A DNA stretch of 64,000 bases from Methanomassiliicoccaceae archaeon (GTDB taxonomy: Archaea > Thermoplasmatota > Thermoplasmata > Methanomassiliicoccales > UBA472). Position 1 is the stretch's first letter. Every line of letters starts with the position of its first letter. Shown here piece by piece: positions 52,701 to 63,819 of this stretch. The notes beneath the pieces are model-generated. The model ran no database searches, had not been told where the DNA came from, and saw only the letters and a list, made by a program, of their open reading frames with translations. Location of the stretch: assembly GCA_963789555.1 (NCBI GenBank), contig CAWBKY010000006.1, positions 8,520 through 72,519 on the forward strand. Reading direction: 5' to 3'. The position numbers and the translations under genes were made by a program.

Positions 52701-53372
52701 TCAGGCCTTCGGCTTGCGCAGGACGACCTCGTACAACTTCTTGGTGAAGGGGGGTGAGGTGTCCTCGAACTCCCTGATGATCTCGATCTGGTATCCCTTG
52801 GCCAGCCTTCTCACCTTATCTTCGGAGAAGAAATGGACCACGAAGCCCATGGGGTTCTGCCACATGTCCTCCCCTTTATGCGGGCCTTTACCGAAGTGGG
52901 GGTCATGGTCGTTGCGCACGGAATAGATGTTGATGCCACCGGGACGAAGCACCCGGAGACATTCGGCCAATATCGCCGCGATCTCCTTCTCCCTCAGCTC
53001 CATGGTGAAGAACATGTGGGAATAAACGGCATCGAAGCAGGAGTCTGGGAACGGGAACGGTTGCCTTCCGTCCAATATCAGCAGGTTCACATCGTCGGAG
53101 CAACCGACCGAGTCCGCCACACCTTGCATCTGGCAGATGCCCGAACGGGAATAATCCACCGCGGTCACCTTGAGCCCGTCCTTCACGAACAGCCAGGTGT
53201 CCCTTCCCTGACCGCAGCCGAGCTCCAGGACCTTCCTTGTCCCTTCCTTGTGGAACAATTTTAAGGCCCTCTCGCCCAGCTCGCTCGGCGCTGCCCCGAA
53301 GAAGTCTCGGTTCGTCTCATAGACGGCATTCCACTGCGTCAACTGGTCCTTCTCAGGCGGTTTTTGGTCCAT
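52701..53372 (-). CDS. Class I SAM-dependent methyltransferase
   Basis: Intact 223 aa. Motif I is VLELGCGQGRD. The post-I acidic residue is in VTAVDYS, and FDAVYSHMF follows. Confidence 0.75.
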   Translation of the reverse strand: MDQKPPEKDQLTQWNAVYETNRDFFGAAPSELGERALKLFHKEGTRKVLELGCGQGRDTWLFVKDGLKVTAVDYSRSGICQMQGVADSVGCSDDVNLLILDGRQPFPFPDSCFDAVYSHMFFTMELREKEIAAILAECLRVLRPGGINIYSVRNDHDPHFGKGPHKGEDMWQNPMGFVVHFFSEDKVRRLAKGYQIEIIREFEDTSPPFTKKLYEVVLRKPKA

Positions 53373-53469
53373 TCAGCCCACGCGATATCATCGCCTTCTC
53401 GATAGAAATATCAATGCCCGAACCATGCAAGATCAAAATGGGCATGGCGGATACGCCTCAATTCTAGGC

Positions 53470-54102
53470 CTAATTATCCTTTTGAGTCTCAGCCGCCATG
53501 GACTTTGCCTTCAGCCAGGCCTCTTGGATCAGGTCGAGGCTGCCTTCGGTGCACTCGTGCTTGAGCTTAAGGGTCTCTGCGAAATGTTCCGAGTTCTTCT
53601 GGCACTGGTCCCTGCATTCGATACCAGTGTCGATGAAAAGGCATCGGGAGAATCCATCGAACATCATGTTCAGGAAATATTGTGGGGTATAGCCCTCGTC
53701 GTTCTTGCAATCCAAGTTGAAGAGACGGATTATTCCAGGCATCCCATTGACGGCCCATCCCGCCGGATAGAACCAAGTGATGCCCCCGTTCTTCTTCTCC
53801 CGATGGTATCTCTCGGTGGTGAGCAATGGCCGCTATGCAGTCCTCATGTTCGATCATGACCAAAGGGACATCGACCATCTCCGGTAGACCTTTGAGGCTC
53901 TGGCAATACGCGTAGCCTAAGAATAGCACGTCCACGTCGACAGGCAACGACCTTATCTTCTCCAGGATGGTCCTCTTCAGGTCATCGGTCGAAGGTGCAG
54001 TCCGAACTCGAGATATTCTTTGTAAACGACATCGGGATCGTTGGCGATGATGATATCCAGTTCGTTGCGGATAGCGTCGCAGCCTAACACACCAATTCTC
54101 AT
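53470..54102 (-). CDS. DUF1638 domain protein (two frameshifts near 53995 and 53830)
   Basis: MRIGVLGCDAIRNELDIIIANDPDVVYKEYLEFGLH..., DVLFLGYAYCQSLKGLPE...PLVMIEHEDCIAAI and GITWFYPAGW...CLFIDTG. The LGYG.C...DCI pattern is what I recall for DUF1638. Confidence 0.55.
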
Positions 54103-54184
54103 CGGACAGCACCTGGATTGACGACCATCACCTTCAAAATATTTACCAATGTTGTGACCTTTCCAACGATCGAGAGACCTAGGT

Positions 54185-54593
54185 TCAATCGAAGTCCACT
54201 GAGACCTTCCTCTTGAGGGCCAGCCCGGACGCGGCCTCGAACCCCTTGAGCACCGCCATGGGGACAGGGCACGTTGAATGCTTCAGTGTCTCCCCTCCGA
54301 TGATATAGACCTGGTTCTCGGAGAACGGCATCCTCAATGCCGCCATCATATCGCAGGGACCAAGGGCCTTAGCGAAATCGTTGACGTGCGGACAACGGGA
54401 AGCGATGGAGCATCATGAGCATCCCATCCTCCATCCAACACACGATCTTGGCATCGAAACGACAGACCCCGGAATCAACATGAAGGGAAACTTTCCCTGG
54501 TCCAGAAATAAATTGTCGCTTGAGCTCTCCTCGGGCTTTGTTCCATATGCTCTCCCATATCGGAGATCGGTAATAAATCCTGCTTCCTTTCAT
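54185..54593 (-). CDS. Small hypothetical protein (~136 aa, one frameshift near 54375); weak resemblance to the aconitase X swivel domain (DUF126)
   Basis: MKGSRIYY...KARGELKRQFISGPGKVSLHVDSGV...DGMLMMLHRFP, then (after the shift) ...FAKALGPCDMMAA...YIIGGETL...CPVPMAVL...LKRKVSVDFD*. The length, N-terminal MKG, an AEGE-like ARGEL and a P-x-GKGS-position FP loosely follow the DUF126 layout. Confidence 0.3.
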
Positions 54594-54678
54594 ATGCTAA
54601 AATGGGGATGAGGGGGATGGCAAGGCCATCTCTTCCTGGGAACAATCTAATACATTGGTACTGCCATTTCAAACCTAG

Positions 54679-55600
54679 ATGCCCGCCCTGGAAGTGCGCA
54701 ACCTGAGGAAGAGATTCGGTGATGTGCAGGCGGTCAAGGACATTTCGTTCTCCATCGAACCGAAGGAGTTCTTCGGCCTACTGGGTCCGAACGGGGCGGG
54801 CAAGACCACCACCATAAGGATGATCACCGGTGTGCTCAGGCCCGATTCCGGTTCAGTGATGATCGAAGGCATCGACCTGAAGACCAACTTCCTCGATGCC
54901 AAGATGAGGATGGGCGTGATCCCGGAGGTGGGCAACATCTATCCCGACCTCAGCGCCAGGGAGAACATCGAGCTGGTGGGCAGGTTCTACGGCCTCCCGA
55001 AAGCGGTGCGGCAGGAGAGGACCGCCAAGCTGCTGGCTGACTTCGGACTCAAGGACCGCGCCGATGATTATATCCGAAAATTCTCCAAGGGGATGAGGCA
55101 GCGGGTGAGCATCGCCTGTGCGATGGTCCACGAACCCCCGATACTGATCCTGGATGAACCGACGGAGGGTCTGGACGTGATGAGCCGACGGCTCATAGTG
55201 GACAAGGTCAAGGAGATGAACCGGAACGGTTCCACAGTGATCCTGACCACCCACAACATCGAGGAGGCCAATCGCCTCTGCCAGAGGGTGTGCATCGTCA
55301 ATAAGGGGAGCATCGTGGCCATCGACACCCCCGAGCATCTGCGTCGGACCACCGAGAGCATGCAGATAGTGGAGGTCGCCTTCGTTGGGCAAGGTGGAAG
55401 CTTCCTGGTTCCTGTCCGAGCACATCAGCCGGGCCGAGCAATGTCAGGAAAAATGGCAGTTCTATACCGAGGACCCGGACCAGGCCATCGAGCACATCGT
55501 GAAGGTGAAGGAGCAACGCGGCCTGAAGATACTCACCATGGGCACCACCGGACCGACCCTGGAGGACGTCTTCGTCCGGCTATGCGAGGTGAGCGAATGA
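54679..55600 (+). CDS. ABC transporter ATP-binding protein, ABC-2/DrrA-like (one frameshift near 55390)
   Basis: GLLGPNGAGKTTT, FSKGMRQRVSIACAM and ILILDEPTEGLD. The C-terminal regulatory part is in ORF 55385-55600. Confidence 0.85.
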
Positions 55601-56345
55601 ACTGGAACGTGTATTTCCGCAACGTCTCGGTAGTGGCGCGCAAGGACATGCGCATCTACTACCGCAAAGCCCCGGTCTTCATCTTCGGACTGATCCTGCC
55701 CACCTTCCTCTTCTTCGCCTTCTTCGTCGGTCGGGAGCTCGACATCGACAAATATTTCCCCGGGTTCTTGGCCATGTCCCTCTTCTTCACTTCCTCATCG
55801 GTCGGTCCGTTGATCGTCCCCTGGGAGAAGCAGCAGGGGACGTTCGAGAGGCTGCTCTCCTATCCGGTGAGCATCAGCACCATCGTCCTCGGCGACGTCA
55901 TCGCCGGAGCGCATCTTCGGGCTGTTGATAAGCACCATAGTGGGCACCTTCGGCATCGTCCTGATACCGATCACCGTGACCAATGTGCTTCTGATCATGT
56001 TCGCCTTCATCCTTGGTAACCTCTGCTTCTCAGGACTGGGGGTCCTGCTCTCCTCGCCCGGAGGCAAGGCCCCGGCGAACATCATGATGTTGGCCGCGCT
56101 GGTGCGCTTCCCCTTGATATTCATCTCTGGTATCTTCATCCCCCTGAGCGAGATGACCGGTGCGGCGAAGTACATCACTTACTGTTCGCCGCTGACCTAT
56201 CTTGTAGATGCTCTCAACCAATCCATGGGTCAGGAGCATGCGTTCGCATGGTGGGTCGACCTGCTCGTATCTGCTTGGCTTCATGGCGTTGTTCGTGGTC
56301 GGGGCCATCGTCGTATTGAGACGGAAGAGCTTGAAAGGCCTTTAA
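55597..56345 (+). CDS. ABC-2 type transporter permease (two frameshifts near 55915 and 56265)
   Basis: ATGA start/stop overlap with the ATPase gene. Six hydrophobic segments are present (VFIFGLILPTFLFFAFF, FLAMSLFFTSSS, ...). The corrected tail reads ...LGFMALFVVGAIVVLRRKSLKGL*. Confidence 0.7.
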
Positions 56346-56623
56346 GTGAGAAGAACACAAAGTCAAAGGCCCCTGGACCAATAAATGACGAGGCGACCGT
56401 TATCGGTACATGGGAGCTTTTCGAGCAATTTCTTGATTAATATCTATTATAAAATATTAAAACAAAATCGGTGTAACGAGGATGAGGACGCATCCGCCAT
56501 CCCGGCAGTAACGTCGCGAACGCCCTTTCCCCATGGCCATGAAACTGGAACCTGACGGGCCAGATGGTGACATCCATATCGCGGTGTGCACATTGTGACG
56601 ATTATGGTATTGGACAGGAGGTA

Positions 56624-57925
56624 CAGGATTCGGTCAGAGATAGTTTTCCTTGGTGCACCAGAGCACGACCTTGTGCATGTTCCAGACATCATATGCGTTC
56701 TGGATGTGGGGCACCTCCTTCCATCGGTCCTCCTCGCCCTGGCGCTGGAACAGATAGACCTGTCTTGACCGAAGGGTGGGACCTGGCGACCTCGAGAATG
56801 GCCTTCATGTCCAGCTTCTCGCAGACCTTGAGGTCCACCGGATCTATGACCAGCCCGATGTCCTTGACGCGATAGTACGTCTCGATGACATCCAAGTTCC
56901 AATCGATGGAGCGGGCGCTCACCCCGGGGTTGCGCTCCCTCACCAAGTACCAATTGCCCTCACGGGACACCTCGCCCCGACCGGGGACGCCGTTGAAGCC
57001 CTCGAAGGCGGAACGGACCTGTTCCAGATCGAACCCCAACCCGACCATGATGGCCGTGGCGCATTGGAACGCGGTGAGATATGATGGCGCAAGGAATGCG
57101 CTGGGAAGGTCGACGACCGTCTTCTCCTCCAGATGTCTGAGTTTTAAGGTGAGCGGGACCCCCAGCTGCAGGTGCTCTTCCAGCTCCGCGTCCACATCCC
57201 CGTTCTCGCCGAAGCAGATGGACCTAACGTTGGGAGCGATGTCCTGCTGCCACATCGCCTCCTCCTCTCGCGGTATGACCACGGTTCCCTTGGCCAGGCG
57301 GACCATCTGCACCTTGCCGTCGTAGGCGTGCCGTGGTGCCTGCGGCGATCGGGTAGTTGTCCCCCAAGGTGGTTATGGCGCAGACCTCGCCAAGGCCGCA
57401 GCCTCCCAGGCTCTCCTCCAGGACGGCGATGTCATATCCCTCCATCCGGGACAAAGGGATGAGCGAGGCGGGGGCGATGCTGGCCTTGTCGTTGATCGTT
57501 ATCGTTTCCTGCGGGGAGACCAGGTAGTCGCCTCGGCTGGTGTGCAGAAGCACCTTCCTGCCCAGTTTCGACAGCAAGTGCGCCATCAGGAAACAGGTGG
57601 TGGTCTTGGCACCGGCCCCTGTCACCTCAACGACCGGGACGGCGAACTTCACCAGATCGCCTACCGCATGATGGTGGGTGATGCGCCGTTCGAAGTGCGC
57701 CTGGCCCAGGAATCGGTCGGGGCAGTGCACGGGCACGACCGCCAGGTCGAACATCTCCGATGGCGCCGCCTCGAGGACCCGGAAGCCTTCCAGTTCGAGG
57801 GAGCGGCGCTCCTCCTTGCGGGAGGTGCGGTACACATCGACCAAGGTGACATCGTGCCCGAGCGCCAGGTACTCCCGCCCGATCTTATCGCCGCCATGGG
57901 TCAGGTCCATTATCAGAATCTTCAA
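56624..57925 (-). CDS. cfbE: Mur-ligase-family protein, probable coenzyme F430 synthetase CfbE (two frameshifts near 57330 and 56755)
   Basis: MKILIMDLTHGGDKIGREY..., the P-loop-like VEVTGAGAKTTT and Mur-ligase middle/C-terminal-like segments (GVPGRGEV). It lies directly downstream of a CbiA/CfbB-family amidase gene. The assignment rests on family and context. Confidence 0.55.
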
Positions 57926-58052
57926 TTTCAGCCCTTCTTCATCCTAGGACGAGAGAGCGTCCGGTTACTCATGGATGGCGCGCTCTATATTTTTTCCGAA
58001 TACTCACCCGAATTTCCAGAACCAGTCCTATGACTTGGTGAAATCGGTGCGA

Positions 58053-59419
58053 CTACGATCGGGAGTATGACCGGCACTTGTTGACGAAATTGACAGCCAA
58101 TCTTGGGTCTGTGCCGAAGTGAAGATGGGTGTAGGATGCTAGGCAATTGTCCTCCACCATGCCGTCCAAGGAATGGGCGATGCCCTTGTCCTTGTCCAGC
58201 ACATAGGCGAACTCCTCGTGGTCGCACTCAGTGATGTGGGAGAAGTGGAACACATGCCCTCGAGTCCTGGCGCCCTTCGGGGTGAGGATGTTATCCTGGG
58301 TGGTCTTCGCCTCGATATAGCCCAATGCCTGCAGCTTCCCTGTCATCTCCACCTTGGCCTTGAAAATGGAGGACATTTTATGCTCCTTTCCCTCCAAGTC
58401 AGTGAGGGAACGGCACAGGAACATCAGTCCTCCGCACTCCGCGTAAACTGGCATCCCTTCCCCTGCAGTCTTTTTTAAAGAGGTGAGCAGGTCTACGATT
58501 CTCGGCCAGATCGGCGGCGAACATCTCTGGGTAACCGCCCCCCAGGTACACACCGTCCACATCCGGCAGGGAGTCGCGCATCGGCGAGAAGGGTCACTAC
58601 CTCCGCCCCCGCCGCCCTTAGCAGGTCCAGGTTGTCGGCGTAATAGAAGTTGAAGGCGGCGTCCAGCGCCACCCCGATCCGGCAATTGGTCTCCTCCATT
58701 GGTAAAGAGATGGGGCAATCGTAACGCAATGGTGGGGCCTCACGGGCCATTTCCACCAGCCGGTCCATGTCAAGGTTCTCCTCCACCATCTTGCGGGCCG
58801 CCTCATAGCGGGAGGTGTTGTCATCCTCCTGTGCCGGAACCAGTCCGAGGTGCCTGCTCTTGAGCCCGACCTCCTCCCTCTTAGGTAACCCGCCTAGGGA
58901 GCTGACGTCTCGGAGTGAGTCCTCCAGCATCTCCAGGTGGCGTTCTCCTCCCACCTTGTTGAAGATGATCCCCCCGATATTGACGTCCGGGTCGAAGTCG
59001 ACGAAACCCTTGGCCACCGCTCCCAGGCTGCGTGCCGATGATGAGGCGTTCAGCACCAATGCCACCGGGCACTTTAGGACCTTGGAAAGGTGGGCGCTGC
59101 TCCCCAGCTCCGAACGCCCATCATATCCGTCGTAGAAGCCCATCACGCCCTCGATCACCGAGATGTCCGCCCCTTCGGAGTTGCGCAGGAAGGATTCCTC
59201 CACATAATGAGGGAACATCCAGGTGTCCAGGTTGCGTGATAAGCGCTCTGATACGGCATTGTGGTGCATGGGGTCCAGGAAGTCCGGACCGACCTTGAAC
59301 GGTTGAACGTCCAGGCCTCTTGCCCGCAGCGCCGCGATGATTCCGATGGTGATGGTGGACTTGCCCACTCCGCTGCGCTCCCCTGCCACCATGATCCTTG
59401 GCCTATCGAACAACGTCAT
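58053..59419 (-). CDS. Cobyrinate / Ni-sirohydrochlorin a,c-diamide synthase (CbiA/CfbB family; two frameshifts near 58590 and 58490)
   Basis: [34 protein letters not shown] and [11 protein letters not shown]. The glutaminase half has [38 protein letters not shown] and GHVFHFS. Confidence 0.75.
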
Positions 59420-59692
59420 GCTATCACCATCTCTCCCACGAAACACCCAGTGATGTGTTGCACTCGTTGGATGCATCATCCAATTGGATATTAATACCTA
59501 TAGACGCCGACAGAAGCGTCAGAACCCCATCCTGAATTGCGTTTTCCGTCCCAGTCATCAATTTGTATGTGGATGGCATTGGTGGATTAGACAAGGAGGC
59601 ATGACCCTGTTACCTTTGTTCTCTACCGGAGGATGTTGATATCATCATCACCTATCACGCCAAGGGTGCTGGCCTGATGGCTGGAGGAGGGG

Positions 59693-60980
59693 ATGGGAAT
59701 GAGGGAGACGTTCCGCTCCGGCGCCCTGTTCTTCGAGGCGAAGAAGATGCTGCCTGGAGGGGTCTCCAGCCCGGGGCAGGCCTTCGACCCCTATCCGATA
59801 TACATCCGTTCGGGCAAGGGGGCCATCATCACCGATGTGGACGGAAATGACTACATCGACTATTGCATGGCCTTTGGACCCCTGATCCTCGGTCATGCCC
59901 GACAAGAGGTGATGGACGCGCTGAAGATGCAGTTGGACCGCGGGACGCTCTTCGGCACCCCGATAGATATGGAGGTGGAGATGGCCCGTCTCATAACCAA
60001 ACACTATCCCAGCATGGAGATGATGCGCTTCATGAGCTCTGGCACCGAGGCCTCAATGCATGCCATCCGCGTCGCTCGCGGGCAACCGGTCGCAAGAAGT
60101 TCGTCAAGATCGAGGGGGCCTTCCATGGCGCCCATGACTCCGTCCTGGTGAGGTCTGGTTCCGGTGCCACCACCCATGGCGTCCCTGACTCCCTCGGCAT
60201 CCCGGAGGAGGTCACCGCCAACACCCTGCTGGCGCCCTATCAATGACCTCAAGGCCATCGAGAGATCGCTCTTAGAGAACCAAGGCCAGGTGGCGGCGGT
60301 CATACTGGAACCGGTCATCGGCAACGCCGGTCCGATACTTCCGGACGAGGGCTATCTGCAGGGATTGAGGGAGCTCACCGCCCGCCACGACGTGCTGCTC
60401 ATCTTCGACGAGGTCAACACTGGCTTCCGCCTGGCCATGGGCGGGGCGCAGCAATACTATGGCGTTCGTCCGGACATGACCGTGCTGGGCAAGATCGCCG
60501 GGGGCGGACTGCCCATCGGCATCTACGGGGCCAGTCGGGAGATCATGTCCGATGTATCACCGACCGGTGAGGTCTACCAGGCCGGGACCTTCTCAGGCAA
60601 CCCGCTCAGCCTCACCGCCGGGATCGAGACCATCCGGGTGCTCGGGAGGGAGGGCCATGATGAGCTGGCCCGAAAGGGGGAGCATATTCGTCAAGGGCTT
60701 GTCCTCCATCGTGAACGAGATGCACCAAGGTTTCCAGGTGGTCAACTTGGGCTCGATGTTCCAGCTCCTCTTGACCGATTGTGCCGTGCGCAACTATGAG
60801 GATGCCAAGCGTTGCGACTCCATCCTGTTCATGGACCTGTTCCACAAGCTGCTGGAAAAGGGCATCTACCTGCCCCCATCCCAGTACGAGACCAATTTCC
60901 TATCCACGGCGCACAGCTATGCTCAGATCGATCGTACCGTCGATGCCTTCGCCGAGGCCTTGAGCGAGGTTTTGGAATGA
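59693..60980 (+). CDS. hemL: Glutamate-1-semialdehyde 2,1-aminomutase (three frameshifts near 60085, 60240 and 60665)
   Basis: [91 protein letters not shown] and [12 protein letters not shown]. Confidence 0.85.
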
Positions 60981-61022
60981 TCGAGGGAGTCACATCTTCA
61001 TGGAAGACGAGGGGGACCTGCC

Positions 61023-61819
61023 TTGACCAAGCTGGCCATATTGCGCACCAAGGACAAGAAGGAGGAGTCGGTGCAGCTGGCCCAGGAGATGGGCTTCGAG
61101 GTCATCTTCGCCTCGCCGTTGGAGCTCGCCGAGGTCGACTCTGCCAAGTTCTGGCAGTTCGTGGACGAGCTGGAGTCAGGCAAGGTGGACCTGGTCATCC
61201 TCACCAGCTCCACCGCGCGTGAAATTCATGCTCCAGCTGCTCAACAAGAAAGGCCGGGCCGAAGGGGTGGTGCGCAAGCTCAACGAAAAGGGCATCATCG
61301 CCATAGGTCCCAGTCACGGCCGATGCGGCTAAACGGGAATGGATCAAGGTCACGGCCATACCGGAGAAGTTCACCTCGGACGGGCTGGTACAGCACCTCG
61401 GTGCCATGCTCCATCCAGGCGACCGGGTCTGGGTGTTGCGCTCGGACAAAGGCTCCGAGGTCATAAGCAAAGGGTTGAGGCAGCTCGGTGCCATCATCGA
61501 GGAGGTGGCCGTCTACTCATTGGAGCGGACAGAGCCGGACCGAGCACTGCTGGACATATGGTACCAGACGTTGGACGGGCGCATCGATGCCTACGCCTTC
61601 ACCAGTCCCATGTCTGCCGAGACCTTCGTGCAAGGAGGCGAGGAGAGGCATGGCATGAGGAAGTTCGGGACCGCACTGAACGGCAAGCTCATCGCCGCCA
61701 TCGGGGAACCGACGCGAAAGGCGCTGCAGGACATGGGCTTCGACGTCGACGTCATGCCGGAGAGGGCCACCTTCAAGGACCTGCTCCTGGCGATCAAGGA
61801 CCATCTGGACAAGAAATGA
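61023..61819 (+). CDS. hemD: Uroporphyrinogen-III synthase (two frameshifts near 61215 and 61310)
   Basis: Reconstructed length is about 265 aa. Contains DLVILTSSTA, IIAIGPVTADAA, VWVLRSDKG, IDAYAFTSPMSAETF and LIAAIGEPTRKAL. Follows hemL. Confidence 0.7.
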
Positions 61820-61820
61820 C

Positions 61821-62621
61821 TCAACGCTGACGGAGCAGTTCCGCCAGCGCCTCCTCGACCGTCAATGGTGGAGGGAAGTGGCGTTTGGTGGCGTCGCGCC
61901 ATCTCGTCATCAGACGCGAGAACGATGGGAGCTCCAGGTTGGCCTCCTTGAGGACGGCCTGGTCGTCCACCAGGGCACGGAAGTCGCCGTCGAAGATGAC
62001 CTTCTTCTTGAGCACGATGACCCGGTCCGTGAGCTCGAACGCCACGGAGAGGTCGTGGGTTGCCAGAACGAACCCTTGGTCCAATGATTCCAAGATGTTG
62101 ACCAGGTCCCTCCTCCCTTGCGGGTCCAGGTTGGCGGTGGGCTCGTCCAACAACAACATGGGCGGTGACATGGCCAGGAGACCGGCGATGGCCACCCTCT
62201 TCTTCTCCCCGATGGAGAGGCGGTGCGGTACGCGGTCCTTGAAGTCGGCGATGCCCGCCAGCTCCATGGCCTTGGCCACCCGTTCCTTGACGTCCGTCTC
62301 CTCCATGCCCATGTTGATCGGTCCGAACGCCACGTCCTCCCAGACCGTGGGCATGAAGATCTGGTCGTCCGGGTCCTGGAAGAGGAAGCCCACCTTCTGG
62401 CGAACCGACCGGGCCTCCTTCTTGGTGAGCAGGGTGCCCTCCACCTCCAGCTTGCCTTTGGTAGGATAATAAAGTCCGGCCATGAGGTGCAGCAACGTGC
62501 TCTTGCCCGCACCGTTCGGGCCCACCAGGGAGACGCGCTCCCCCTTGGCGATGGCCAGGCTGATGTCCTCCAGCGCGAAGGGGCTCTCCGGGTAACGATA
62601 CCACACATTCTGCAGCTTCAT
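61821..62621 (-). CDS. cbiO: ECF transporter ATPase CbiO (Co/Ni)
   Basis: From the ATG at 62621 (or 62630): MKLQNVWYRYPES..., GPNGAGKSTLL, LSIGEKKRVAIAG and LLLDEPTANLD. The raw ORF 61821-63050 is a run-on from frameshifted cbiQ. Confidence 0.8.
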   Translation of the reverse strand: MKLQNVWYRYPESPFALEDISLAIAKGERVSLVGPNGAGKSTLLHLMAGLYYPTKGKLEVEGTLLTKKEARSVRQKVGFLFQDPDDQIFMPTVWEDVAFGPINMGMEETDVKERVAKAMELAGIADFKDRVPHRLSIGEKKRVAIAGLLAMSPPMLLLDEPTANLDPQGRRDLVNILESLDQGFVLATHDLSVAFELTDRVIVLKKKVIFDGDFRALVDDQAVLKEANLELPSFSRLMTRWRDATKRHFPPPLTVEEALAELLRQR

Positions 62622-63366
62622 GACGTCCATGGGACCACTCCTAACTGCGAGGCGATCAGGTAAGCGCTCAAGGAAACGTACAACAGCCCCATGGCCGCGT
62701 CCCGCGCCTTTGACCTTGAGCATGGTGAGGGTCTTGATCTCCCCGCTGTAACCGCGGGAGAGCAGGGCATCGTAGATCTTGCCTGCCCGCACATTGGACC
62801 GGACGAAGACCATGCCGATGGTGTAGGATATGGTCTTGAAGGCCTCCTTGTCCAACAGGCTCCTTCCGCCGGTGAACCCGCGGGACTTGCGGGCCAGGCG
62901 CATGCGGCCCATCTCGTCCAGGAGCACGAAGATGAACCGATAGGTGAACATGACCAGATTGCAGATGAGCGGGGGCACCTTGAACCAGCGCAACGCCCTC
63001 AATGTGTCGAAGAAGGGCGTGGTGGCGATCATCAACAACAGGGCCAGCACCGAGGTCGGTGATGCGCATGGCGATGGCCAGGGCGCTCTCCGGTCCGGAG
63101 GTGAAGAACATGGTCAGGGCGGCGAAGAGGATGAATGGGAAGGCGATGGCATAGTTCTCTGCCATGTGCAACAGCGGCACCCCAGAGACCTCGATGAGCA
63201 GGATGATGAAGAGCAACGCCCAGAAAAGGATGGCGAGGTCCCGCAGCAGGGCCACCGCGATGACGAACATGATGGTGCTCGCCAACTTCACCCGGGGGTC
63301 GAAGGTGTAGAACCGGGAGGTCTTGGCATACTTGTCGATCTCATCATGCCCGAACGCCATGCTCAA
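62618..63366 (-). CDS. cbiQ: ECF transporter T component CbiQ (two frameshifts near 63055 and 62700)
   Basis: FDPRVKLASTIMFVIAVALL..., LLLMIATTPFFDTLRALRWFKVP and ARKSRGF. The corrected tail ...LIASQLGVVPWTS* ends in an ATGA overlap with cbiO. Confidence 0.7.
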
Positions 63367-63465
63367 CCACCCTCATTATCCAAGTATTCAAGTGCCAGGC
63401 CCGGCATCTCACACATGGCTCCCACGGTTGGAAATGGAACCCAGTCGCGGGTATTTATCGCTTAT

Positions 63466-63484
63466 TAATTTTTTGAAAAAATTA
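63466..63484. promoter_or_regulatory. Perfect 19-nt A/T palindrome in the cbiM/PDGLE-cbiQ spacer (bidirectional oligo-T terminator and/or TATA-like element)
   Basis: TAATTTTTT-G-AAAAAATTA lies within a 189-nt non-coding gap (63367-63555) inside an otherwise contiguous transporter gene set. Confidence 0.3.
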
Positions 63485-63555
63485 TGCAGGGACGGGTGAT
63501 CGGCCCGACCCATACGGATATCAGGGGGTTCATTGGGAATGGCCCGACTCTCTTC

Positions 63556-63819
63556 CTAGACCTGACCAGGAGATAGAGGCCAACAAACGACCAGCATGAC
63601 CACGAAGAAGCCGATGATGCCCATCACCAGGCTCCCACCGTAGTCGTCGCCGTAATCGAGGGGGGCGGTCCAGACCGGTTCGCCCTCGCTCACTCCGTTC
63701 TCCTCCATGACCTTCTCCAGCCCATCACCGTACATGGCCGAGAAGGCGTAGAAGCCCACCAGTCCGATGGCGAAGACGATGAAGATGCTAGCGATGGCCT
63801 TGAGGTACTTCCTCTCCAT
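63556..63819 (-). CDS. PDGLE-domain small membrane protein (CbiN/NikN-position component)
   Basis: Intact 87 aa with two hydrophobic helices flanking MYGDGLEKVMEENG (PDGLE-like motif). The start overlaps the cbiM stop (TGATG). Confidence 0.5.
   Translation of the reverse strand: MERKYLKAIASIFIVFAIGLVGFYAFSAMYGDGLEKVMEENGVSEGEPVWTAPLDYGDDYGGSLVMGIIGFFVVMLVVCWPLSPGQV

Noticed and set aside
61821-63050. Apparent cbiQ-cbiO fusion ORF (409 aa)
   Set aside because: Same artefact. The corrected cbiQ tail ends at TGA 62618-62620, overlapping the cbiO ATG.
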